Below, piece by piece: positions 48,463 through 56,944 of a stretch of 64,000 bases of DNA. A program made the position numbers and the translations under genes. Positions within the stretch are counted from its first letter, which is position 1. Each line of letters opens with the position of its first letter. Below the pieces are notes generated by a model. It made no database searches. It was not told the origin of the DNA and saw only the letters and a list, made by a program, of their open reading frames with translations. The stretch is from a virus: IMG/VR virus record IMGVR_UViG_3300030049_000007, one strand, 5' to 3'.

Positions 48463-49383
48463 ATGAGTAATATGATGGCTTCCCAGCTTTGGGATGTATT
48501 TACCGGAAAATCAGCTTCCGGTATGGAGAAGGTAGCCGCTCTTACTGAGGATTTTATTCGTGATCGCCTTCGTGAGACTAGCGTATTAAATCGCGCTATT
48601 CCTCCTGTAGTACTTACCGAAGCACAGATTGAACGTAATACTACTAATGACTGGCCTCTGAAGCGCGTTGAGATTGAGCCCGATTCTAAGGCTTTCACTC
48701 TTGGCTTCCGTGGTAAGGGTTCTGCTAACTTTATGGAAGGCAGAAAGTATGAAGTTTACTTTACCAAGATTGAAACTCAGCACTTTAAGAAGACCCGTGA
48801 AGAATTAATGACAATGCGTTATCCTCTTATGGATGTTGTGAATAACAACTTCGTACTGGATATGCAGGAACAGCTTGATGCTCTCTTTAAGATTAGACTT
48901 GATGCTTCCGTAGCCGCTTCCGGTAATACCTCTGCTGCTACTGCTGGTGCCGTAAAAGATAACTTTAAGAATGCAGTTATTACAGCGGTTCGTCAGGTGC
49001 TTGGTAAACGGCGTAGAGTTGCTCGCCTTATTATGACAGAATCAACTTGGCTGGACCTGGCTAAGCTCGAACCTGATAAGATTGGTTATGAGAATGTTGG
49101 ACGTATTGCGCTGAATGGCGTTGCTGCGGAAAAGACATTCTTAGGTTATGAAGTTATCACTTCGATTAACTCCACTACCGCTAATAGCGTATGGCCTGAT
49201 GATAGTATCTATGCCATTGCAATGCCTGAATTTTTAGGTTCTAACTTTATCCTGGGTGATGTTCAACAGGAAATGAAGCGTGAAGCTAATATTCTCGAAT
49301 GGTATTCATGGGCTGATCAGGGTGCTGAAATTGGTAACGTTGCCTCAGTTGCTAAGGTTACTGGTATTGCCTCTCTCACTTAA
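48463..49383 (+). CDS. Major capsid protein (probable HK97 fold)
   Basis: 306 aa; strong AGGAG RBS; biased codons; canonical position after protease, scaffold and decoration genes. Confidence 0.72.
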   Translation: MSNMMASQLWDVFTGKSASGMEKVAALTEDFIRDRLRETSVLNRAIPPVVLTEAQIERNTTNDWPLKRVEIEPDSKAFTLGFRGKGSANFMEGRKYEVYFTKIETQHFKKTREELMTMRYPLMDVVNNNFVLDMQEQLDALFKIRLDASVAASGNTSAATAGAVKDNFKNAVITAVRQVLGKRRRVARLIMTESTWLDLAKLEPDKIGYENVGRIALNGVAAEKTFLGYEVITSINSTTANSVWPDDSIYAIAMPEFLGSNFILGDVQQEMKREANILEWYSWADQGAEIGNVASVAKVTGIASLT

Positions 49384-49396
49384 ATAGGAGTTACAT

Positions 49397-49768
49397 ATGT
49401 CGTATGTCAAAGCTTTGTTTGGTCATATTACTGGAGAAGGTCTTTCGTTAAAAGAGGGGCAGATTGGATTTATTGAAGATAGTAAAAAGCATATCTTAAA
49501 TGATCTAGTTAAACGCGGTCTCGTTATTGTTAAAGATTCTCATGAAGAGGCTGAAGCTTTTAAGTTTATTTCTCGTCAGGAATTATTTAATAAAAGTTAC
49601 AAATCTTTAAATCCTCCTGAAGGCGAAAATGCTCCTGTTAGTTTAATTGATTGGGAAAATACTCAACCTACTATTATTAATGGAATCCCATCTAATTATA
49701 TTGTTGAAGAGCCTAAGAAAGAAGTTAAAAAAGTAGTAACTCCTCCTTCTTCAGATGATAAAAAGTAA
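49397..49768 (+). CDS. Hypothetical head-associated protein
   Basis: AGGAG RBS; follows the MCP. Confidence 0.6.
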   Translation: MSYVKALFGHITGEGLSLKEGQIGFIEDSKKHILNDLVKRGLVIVKDSHEEAEAFKFISRQELFNKSYKSLNPPEGENAPVSLIDWENTQPTIINGIPSNYIVEEPKKEVKKVVTPPSSDDKK

Positions 49769-49782
49769 ATTGTTATAATATG

Positions 49783-49820
49783 AAACAACTAAAAACCGCT
49801 TCTAGCGGTTTTTGTTGTTT
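49783..49820 (+). terminator. Intrinsic terminator
   Basis: AAAAACCGCT-TCT-AGCGGTTTTT. Confidence 0.75.
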
Positions 49821-49849
49821 TATGATATAATCAGATAGAGGTAACTCAC

Positions 49850-50686
49850 ATGATTAATCCACCCCAGACCTTTCCAAATGGTCAAATGACTCCACAAATT
49901 TTAATTAATCTTATTCGCATGTTTCTTCGAGATAAACCTAAATTAAATGCTTTAATTAAAAAAGAAGAAACAGATGATGATGAAATTAAATTAGCTATTA
50001 ATATGGCTATTAGTGATTGGAATAGCACTCCACCACTTTTAACTCACGTTGGATTAACTAATTTTCCAGTTATGGATTGGTTAATTGTGGCAAGTGCTAT
50101 GTTTATTTTGCAGTCTGCTGGTGTATTACAATATAGAAATGAATTGCAATTTAATGATAGTGGTATTACTACTAGTCCATGGACGAAGGGTCCAGCTTAT
50201 ATGGGCGTAGCTGGTATGTGGGCTCAATTAGTAGAAAAGAAAAAATATGAATTTAAACTTGCAATTAATTATGGTCGTACATTTGGTATTGTTAAAAGTG
50301 CTGAATATATGCTTTGGGATTACTCAGGACTTTATACTGGTCCAGACTATTTAACCGCTACAGGAACCTCCTCTATGTCTGCCGTCCCTGGTGGTATTCT
50401 AGGCCCGAATGGTCCCAGCGGTAGACCCCAGACCCCCCAGAAAACCGACCCATTTGTATTTGTAATGAGCAATTGGACCCTCGATCCGGTGAATAATCGT
50501 TACGTGATAAATTTCTATCACAATTTAAATTCAGATGTAGATGTTAGAATTACAGATCCAGTTACCGGAACTGATTTACGAAATAAAGTTAATATTGTTT
50601 TTCAGAATAAGAATGTATTATTTATTTGGGTTCCGATAGTACCTGATACTCGAATGGAAGGCCAGATGATTGCATTTAAACTTTAA
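49850..50686 (+). CDS. Head-tail adaptor/connector-like protein
   Basis: IRMFLRD...TDDDEIKLAINMAISDWN helical adaptor pattern; position. Confidence 0.55.
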   Translation: MINPPQTFPNGQMTPQILINLIRMFLRDKPKLNALIKKEETDDDEIKLAINMAISDWNSTPPLLTHVGLTNFPVMDWLIVASAMFILQSAGVLQYRNELQFNDSGITTSPWTKGPAYMGVAGMWAQLVEKKKYEFKLAINYGRTFGIVKSAEYMLWDYSGLYTGPDYLTATGTSSMSAVPGGILGPNGPSGRPQTPQKTDPFVFVMSNWTLDPVNNRYVINFYHNLNSDVDVRITDPVTGTDLRNKVNIVFQNKNVLFIWVPIVPDTRMEGQMIAFKL

Positions 50687-50702
50687 TTAATAGTTAAAAA
50701 AT

Positions 50703-50726
50703 AAAGCCCCGGTTAAGGGGCTTTTT
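50703..50726. terminator. Bidirectional terminator
   Basis: AAAGCCCC-GGTTAA-GGGGCTTT. Confidence 0.75.
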
Positions 50727-50727
50727 A

Positions 50728-50919
50728 TTATTTAGTTTCTAAAAGAACTGAATCTAAATCTGGCCATATCTTATCTGGGCGTTTACTCAATTCAATTAAT
50801 ATATCATGGGATATTTTAGGTCTTTTAAAAATAACTAATTCTTTTCTATTAATCCAATAAATTCTACCAAAAATTAATACTAAAGAAGAAAACCAGATTA
50901 TTATAATTATATACCACAT
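50728..50919 (-). CDS. Small membrane protein
   Basis: N-terminal hydrophobic helix; follows promoter copy 3. Confidence 0.6.
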   Translation of the reverse strand: MWYIIIIIWFSSLVLIFGRIYWINRKELVIFKRPKISHDILIELSKRPDKIWPDLDSVLLETK

Positions 50920-50930
50920 ATTATATTACT

Positions 50931-50967
50931 TCCATTTATATTATAACAAAATTATTCTAATAATTGC
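50931..50967 (-). promoter_or_regulatory. Conserved phage promoter, copy 3
   Basis: GCAA-N18-TATAATATAAATGGA. Confidence 0.7.
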
Positions 50968-50974
50968 AGATAAT

Positions 50975-51001
50975 AAAAAAGACCTCAATAAGAGGTCTTT
51001 T
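50975..51001 (-). terminator. Intrinsic terminator of the tail operon
   Basis: AAAAGACCTC-AATAA-GAGGTCTTTT. Confidence 0.7.
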
Positions 51002-51023
51002 ATATTTAAGATATAATCTATAA

Positions 51024-51743
51024 TTAAGATGAAGAAGTTCCCGTACCCTTTACCGGAACTAAACGATCGAATGCAAAACTAATACCTTCAACCATAATCA
51101 ACTGTCCAGCAGATTGATTAAAGTTATGAGAATTGATTTTAACTCCTTCTGCATAAATTCCACCTACTGCATGATTAGCTATGTCTTGCATATAAATACA
51201 GATTCCGAAGGGTGTGCGAAGCCTAATGTCCCACATTGACATCCACAAATTCGTATTTGAATCTGCCTGCATTACCTTATCAGGATTGCTAGTAATATTA
51301 CTCCATGCATTAGCAACGTACGTCTGTGCAGTTCCTGAGTCAGTCATCATACCAGTAATACCAATTGATGTTAAGTTTCCATTATCATCATAGATATTAC
51401 CATAACAAGAACGAGCTAATGATGGTCCGTTATATACAAGACGTGACATTGAGCCACCACCAACTGGAGTGCCATTTAAAATATGCACTCTCATTGATCC
51501 AATCTCAGGTAATCGTTGCTGTGGAATCTGTTGACTAATTGCAATATTTGGAGTTAAACCAATTCTAACTACATCAAAAGCGGCAGTAGCCTTAGCTGGT
51601 CCAAAAGCAATAAGTGTAGATTCAGCAGCAATAAACAATCCAGGGGTGGCCATATTTTCATCTAACTGGACGAAGTTCTCTTTCCAACTCCAAGTTGAAG
51701 TGCCATCCCCAGATCCTAAAACATCAGCAATAGAAAGAGTCAT
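51024..51743 (-). CDS. Putative tail tube protein
   Basis: Follows the sheath genes; IG..NIAISQ...EIGS and C-terminal EGV.I....FN.SA....VEGISFAF tube-like pattern. Confidence 0.6.
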   Translation of the reverse strand: MTLSIADVLGSGDGTSTWSWKENFVQLDENMATPGLFIAAESTLIAFGPAKATAAFDVVRIGLTPNIAISQQIPQQRLPEIGSMRVHILNGTPVGGGSMSRLVYNGPSLARSCYGNIYDDNGNLTSIGITGMMTDSGTAQTYVANAWSNITSNPDKVMQADSNTNLWMSMWDIRLRTPFGICIYMQDIANHAVGGIYAEGVKINSHNFNQSAGQLIMVEGISFAFDRLVPVKGTGTSSS

Positions 51744-51755
51744 ATCTAATCCTTT

Positions 51756-52778
51756 TTAATTAACGTAAAGCAGAATATTTACAAAGTTTGCAGGATATCC
51801 AATTTCGACAGTTACGGAAATTTCAATAGTACCTACAGTAAGATCGGTATTAGCACCATCTAAATTAGCGCGAAGAGTTGGCGTAGCATAACTAATAATC
51901 AAAGCACCACAATAAGCAGATTTATTAGACTGAGCACTATACATATATAAATCAAGTACTGAAGCTATCTGGGTAAGTAAGTCCTGATTAATATTATACT
52001 TACCGATATAAGGTTTGGTAGATGAGTATAAGTCTAACGAAAGTTTATCTACTGCTTTAGTAATACTGAATTCTTGTTCCTGAATAGAAACCGTACTAGT
52101 TGTTTTCTGATGACGACTATAGATATTGCCACCTGGAGTATCTTGTACTAAAACGAAAACTCCATTTTCGCTAAGTTTATTTAACTGAGTAGGTGTAAAA
52201 TAAGTATTTGAATAAAGTAATTTATAAGGTCCACCAAAACCTAAATTGGTAAATGATTGCTGTGCGGGGTAAGTTGCCATAGCAGCAGCGGTACAAGCAG
52301 CAAGAGCAGATCCGTTCACGGTTTCAGTTAAAGCTGAATCCCAATATGCTTCTGGAGGCCAAATATAAAGAACGCGTTTTGAAGCATAAGAAGAAGCTGT
52401 AGCTGCAATAGAAGTTACTTGTTCATCTTTGGTAAGATAATGTATAACTTGATAAGTGAAAGTATCACCAGTTCCTAATGCTAAATTATACTGGGCAGAC
52501 TGTGAAGAATCTGTAATTCCAACTCCATTTACATATGGAATGGCCTTTAAAGAAGTCTCACTTGTAACTTCGCTTACTAAAATAGAATCGTAAGCAAAAA
52601 CTGCTACATTTGGTGTAGCTCCTACTGATAATAATTTACCACTAACTAATGGATTTCCTGAATTAGTAGTAGTGTAGGCAGTATTAGTTACACTTATCGT
52701 AGCTACGGTATCGCCAATCTTAACACCAGCAGTGAGAAATCCTGTTCCAGTTATAACTAATGGTTGTAATGCAGTCAT
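51756..52778 (-). CDS. Tail sheath protein, C-terminal half
   Basis: KRVLYIWP, LAAC.AA, QLNKLSENGVFVL, EFSITKAVD, YIGK, IEISVTVEIGYPANFVNI. Confidence 0.7.
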   Translation of the reverse strand: MTALQPLVITGTGFLTAGVKIGDTVATISVTNTAYTTTNSGNPLVSGKLLSVGATPNVAVFAYDSILVSEVTSETSLKAIPYVNGVGITDSSQSAQYNLALGTGDTFTYQVIHYLTKDEQVTSIAATASSYASKRVLYIWPPEAYWDSALTETVNGSALAACTAAAMATYPAQQSFTNLGFGGPYKLLYSNTYFTPTQLNKLSENGVFVLVQDTPGGNIYSRHQKTTSTVSIQEQEFSITKAVDKLSLDLYSSTKPYIGKYNINQDLLTQIASVLDLYMYSAQSNKSAYCGALIISYATPTLRANLDGANTDLTVGTIEISVTVEIGYPANFVNILLYVN

Positions 52779-52794
52779 TTATGTATCTCCTAAT

Positions 52795-53763
52795 TTAGCT
52801 ATGAGTATAAGTTTCTGAAACCAATATAGAAGATACTGGTAAAGTTGCATTAAGTAAGGTCGCTCTAAAATAACTAGAAGCTGGTTCTGACATTGTAGTA
52901 ACATGAGCGGCATAGGCTTCTGCTACATTTGTACTATTACTTAAAGGAACTAGTAAATAGATATCCTGTCTAGTAGATAAGTCACTTAATGCCGTTATGT
53001 AAGAAGTGTCAGTTTCGTCAGTTAAGATATAAGCTAAAGTTTCTGATCCACCATTAGCGGTAGGAGCAACGGTTCCTAAATAGAAACCCAATGGATTACT
53101 AATCGTTACATCCATATCTACTTTTAAATCATCAAGATTAGTTACATCGTAAAAACCAGTAAGATCTTTTCTAAGGGCTATATAAGAAATATAAGGTGTT
53201 CCAGCTATAATATTATAAGTACCATATTCAAGAGAAGTAAAAGTAAATGAAGATGAGGCATAAGAAGCTCCTCCAATTATAGCAGTTACATTTCCAACAC
53301 TTCTTTGAATTGTAAAGGCGTCAGCTATTGCAGCGGGATATGAAATAATTTCATTAATAGTAGCCACATCGCCATTGATTGATTTAATTGTATAACTACC
53401 ATGAGTAAGAGTATTAAATATGATGGAATCACCAGCTACGGCATTTAAGAACGAACCTGTCGTTCCCTGAATAATATTTCCACTAGCAACTAAGGCCGAT
53501 CCAGTAACGGCACTTGTTCCGATCTGCACATATGCATTATTAATAGTAATTGCAATACTGGAAGTTTTAATAATAGCAGATAAAGCTAACCCTGGATAAA
53601 CTATAGTTGCACTAGTTATTGGAAAAGTTAAATTAATAGGTGAGTTAGTTACTACCTGATTAATTGATCCAACGAAACAAGGTAACATAGAACTATTAGC
53701 CAGATTCTGACTAGAACGAAGTAAAATCTGAGTAACAGAAACGCCGGGTAATGTATAAGTCAT
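52795..53763 (-). CDS. Tail sheath protein, N-terminal half
   Basis: MTYTLPGVSVTQ start; YITALSDL...IYLLVPL...AHVTTMS. Confidence 0.65.
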   Translation of the reverse strand: MTYTLPGVSVTQILLRSSQNLANSSMLPCFVGSINQVVTNSPINLTFPITSATIVYPGLALSAIIKTSSIAITINNAYVQIGTSAVTGSALVASGNIIQGTTGSFLNAVAGDSIIFNTLTHGSYTIKSINGDVATINEIISYPAAIADAFTIQRSVGNVTAIIGGASYASSSFTFTSLEYGTYNIIAGTPYISYIALRKDLTGFYDVTNLDDLKVDMDVTISNPLGFYLGTVAPTANGGSETLAYILTDETDTSYITALSDLSTRQDIYLLVPLSNSTNVAEAYAAHVTTMSEPASSYFRATLLNATLPVSSILVSETYTHS

Positions 53764-53772
53764 ATTAAAATC

Positions 53773-54441
53773 CTATTCAATATTTAAAGCAGTTGAGCCA
53801 TTAAGTTTAAGTTGAATGTTAGTTAATTTATCTTTACTCAGCAATCTAGCAATGTAAGATCTTTCCATTTGAATCTGTAATATAGTAGAAGCTGTAAAAG
53901 ATGTGTTACCCTTCTCAAATATTTGCGGTGCAGTATTTGTTACAGTTCCCTGCACTTGAAGTCCCAAATCTCTATAAGATCTAAGATCTAAAGAAATAAA
54001 AGAAGTTACCATTGCACTTAAAGCTTCTGCTTCCAAATCACTCTCTGATATACATTCTACCACAATTGGGAAAGAAACATAATCCTTATATGCAGTTTTT
54101 TCATTAGTTCTACTTACCGAAAAAACTCTACCTTGACCCAAAGTACCATTTGCTCCATTTATTAAATTTCCTCTATATATTAATGCTGCTGGTCTTTTAT
54201 TTCTATATTTTTCTTCCCATTGAAATTTAGTTCCAATCCATAAAGATTGATATGACTCTTCTTTATTGGTATCGTCACTATATAATATATAACCTAAATC
54301 TTTATTTATAGAAAACATCTCTTGTAAATAAAGAATAGTAGCAGTTACACCATAATAACCCGGATTAAAATTCTTACTATATAAAAATTGTTTATAATCC
54401 ACAGGAGATTCTCCAGTCTCTTCTAAAGATATTAAATTCAT
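53773..54441 (-). CDS. Putative tail terminator/completion protein
   Basis: Lies upstream of the sheath; KRPAALIYRG. Confidence 0.45.
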   Translation of the reverse strand: MNLISLEETGESPVDYKQFLYSKNFNPGYYGVTATILYLQEMFSINKDLGYILYSDDTNKEESYQSLWIGTKFQWEEKYRNKRPAALIYRGNLINGANGTLGQGRVFSVSRTNEKTAYKDYVSFPIVVECISESDLEAEALSAMVTSFISLDLRSYRDLGLQVQGTVTNTAPQIFEKGNTSFTASTILQIQMERSYIARLLSKDKLTNIQLKLNGSTALNIE

Positions 54442-55222
54442 CTAATGTATAAGCTGTAATATCTATAGGAAGTAATTGAGCTGGATTATCTGCTCTTAAT
54501 TGTGTCATGTTTAATATTTGACGTACCGTATTACTACTGATAGATGTAGGAACTATTCTATCAATTTTATATCGCTGAGAAGGTTTCTTTAAAAATGCCA
54601 AAATATCATCAGCAGCAATTAATACTTCGTTAGATGTCCATGCCGATAAAGCTACAGCTTCAGATACTCCATAATCGGTTTTATCTATTTGAATTGGTTG
54701 CTGATCGGTATTTATATATATTTTTACTGGAGCAAAATAACCTCCAACAAACGTTGTACCGAAACAAACAGGACATTTTGGAAGAATTGATTTTTTCTGA
54801 ACTTTATCATAGCATAAAGTACAACGATCACCAAATTTTCTTCTAGCAAAATGTAAACATTCTTGACCAAATCTTTTTAAATATAATATTTCTTGTTCAG
54901 AAATGTAATCGCTAATAAAATTATCAGCTTCATTAAATAAACAAAGATTATCAGAATAAAATACAGCATCTGAATCTATATCTACCGCTTTTACTCTATA
55001 AAAAATTCTTTGATCTATCATACCTCTTTGCGTTACTGTGTCTACAAATCCAAAAGCATAAATTGGATCTGTATATAAATCAGTCCATGGACCTAATTCG
55101 CCTTCCGAAATCTGAACTATATATCCAAAATGAGATACGGTTTCCTTACTCTCTGGTTCTATATTCCAATAAAGAGTTGTTGCTGCATATGTTAAATTTT
55201 TGCATTCAAGATATATGAGCAT
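54392..55222 (-). CDS. Putative neck/head-closure protein with FN3-like N-terminus and zinc finger
   Basis: FYRVKAVD; CTLC...CPVCFGTTFVGGY. Confidence 0.5.
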   Translation of the reverse strand: MLIYLECKNLTYAATTLYWNIEPESKETVSHFGYIVQISEGELGPWTDLYTDPIYAFGFVDTVTQRGMIDQRIFYRVKAVDIDSDAVFYSDNLCLFNEADNFISDYISEQEILYLKRFGQECLHFARRKFGDRCTLCYDKVQKKSILPKCPVCFGTTFVGGYFAPVKIYINTDQQPIQIDKTDYGVSEAVALSAWTSNEVLIAADDILAFLKKPSQRYKIDRIVPTSISSNTVRQILNMTQLRADNPAQLLPIDITAYTLDEFNIFRRDWRISCGL

Positions 55223-55670
55223 CTAATTCTCTTACTAAAAGATCATTCAACTGCTTTCCAACTTTAGCAGTATGTTGCTTAATAAAATCCATATCACCCA
55301 TTAAAGCTGGATAATACTTAGTAAACATTAAATCTAAACTATTAAGTTTATTAGCTGAATCTAGTTCACCAATAAAACTTGCATTAAGTGATTCGAATTT
55401 ACCAATACGATCTCTGATAAATTCTGTAGCAAAATCAAAAAATCTAGGATTACGAAACGCGGGAGGAAGATGTTTTAAATGAATAACCAAAGCATTATCC
55501 AATGGTCTGATTACTGATTCAAATAAAAAACAAGTCATTTGATCTGAAAATAATTCTGGCATACTATTTGAATCAATTGGATTTTCTGTAAACTTCTTCA
55601 TTAATTCTTGGTCACGTTCTGTAATTTTATTCTGACCAGCTTTTAATCTTAGATCTGACAATGACGACAT
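55206..55670 (-). CDS. Hypothetical protein
   Basis: 154-aa ORF with RBS. Confidence 0.6.
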   Translation of the reverse strand: MSSLSDLRLKAGQNKITERDQELMKKFTENPIDSNSMPELFSDQMTCFLFESVIRPLDNALVIHLKHLPPAFRNPRFFDFATEFIRDRIGKFESLNASFIGELDSANKLNSLDLMFTKYYPALMGDMDFIKQHTAKVGKQLNDLLVRELDAHIS

Positions 55671-55679
55671 TTCATTCTC

Positions 55680-56138
55680 CTATTTCTTTACATTCTTATC
55701 GTTAGGCATATATTGATTTAATAAAGAACCATCTAATACATTCTTATCATTTATTTTATAATAAATGACTATACGATAAAACATTGGATTTTCTTTATCT
55801 TTAGTTGTAAATTCTCCAATATAACATAACTTAATTTCTTTAGCCCAATCCTTATTTATTAAATCATCATATTCGTCTAAGTGAATTCTAGAAATAATCT
55901 CACCAAAAAAACTAAATTTCTTTTTTAATTTCTTTTCTTCTAAATCAGTAATATCGCTATACTGAAAAATAATAAAAGGATTGCCAAACATATCTAATCT
56001 AATATCATTATCAACTATATGATATTTATGATTATTATTAGCAATCTTATCTAAAAGTAATACATATTCACCTAATTCATCAGTATTAGTTAATTCAAAA
56101 TATTCGGAATGAGATTTTACGACTGGCGTTTTTTCCAT
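55680..56138 (-). CDS. Hypothetical protein
   Basis: 152-aa ORF. Confidence 0.6.
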   Translation of the reverse strand: MEKTPVVKSHSEYFELTNTDELGEYVLLLDKIANNNHKYHIVDNDIRLDMFGNPFIIFQYSDITDLEEKKLKKKFSFFGEIISRIHLDEYDDLINKDWAKEIKLCYIGEFTTKDKENPMFYRIVIYYKINDKNVLDGSLLNQYMPNDKNVKK

Positions 56139-56944
56139 GGACCCAAATCCCTTACGTTAGTATTCATTAACTTCTGCCAATTATCGAATCTGGCTATACG
56201 ACGCGCTCTGGCTTCAGGAGTTGACATTAAGCGATCTGCTAATATATGTTTTCCAATTAATTTATTATAAAAAGGTTTATTAGCAGCCTCTAATTGAGAT
56301 CTCCAATAATTATCTTTAAAATATTCTTTATGAATTTTAGGCATCATAGATAATTTACCATGTGTAAAATTCATCATTTTCTTAACAGATCCACCTAATG
56401 CGCCACCAATTAATCCACCTTTAGCCATACCTTTTAATTTTTCATGCTCATTATCTCCCTGAGTATATCCAATAGCGGCACCACTAATAGTTCCTAAATG
56501 AGCGGTTGGAACTTTCTTAGCTACACTTAAAAATTTATGAGCATCATTACCTAAATTAATCATTCCCTCAATATTTTTAATTTTAAATTGACCATCATCT
56601 GAAATGGAATGTTTTAATATACTTTTAGCAATTCTATTAGTTCCCGTGGGAACATTATGAATATCTTCTAATGCATTAATTCCCATACGTCCAAACTGTC
56701 CAAGTAATGCACCATCTATAAAAGCGCCTCTTAAAGTAGTTGAGTCTTGAACTAATCCTTTTCTTATATTAGCTTCAGCTTGTGCTACTCCAGCTAAAGC
56801 TGATCTTTGTATAATATTTTTTCTAATAGGACCATTAGTTCTAGACATCATAAATTTTAATGGATTCCCAGATCTAGCTGCTCTCATACTATAAAAACTA
56901 GGGAATAAACTACCCGGATTAAATGCTAATTTTATTAAACTCAT
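56117..56944 (-). CDS. Basic protein with MSLIKLA leader and glycine-zipper segments
   Basis: LGTISGAAIGY...GMAKGGLIGGALGG; coupled to the portal gene. Confidence 0.7.
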   Translation of the reverse strand: MSLIKLAFNPGSLFPSFYSMRAARSGNPLKFMMSRTNGPIRKNIIQRSALAGVAQAEANIRKGLVQDSTTLRGAFIDGALLGQFGRMGINALEDIHNVPTGTNRIAKSILKHSISDDGQFKIKNIEGMINLGNDAHKFLSVAKKVPTAHLGTISGAAIGYTQGDNEHEKLKGMAKGGLIGGALGGSVKKMMNFTHGKLSMMPKIHKEYFKDNYWRSQLEAANKPFYNKLIGKHILADRLMSTPEARARRIARFDNWQKLMNTNVRDLGPWKKRQS

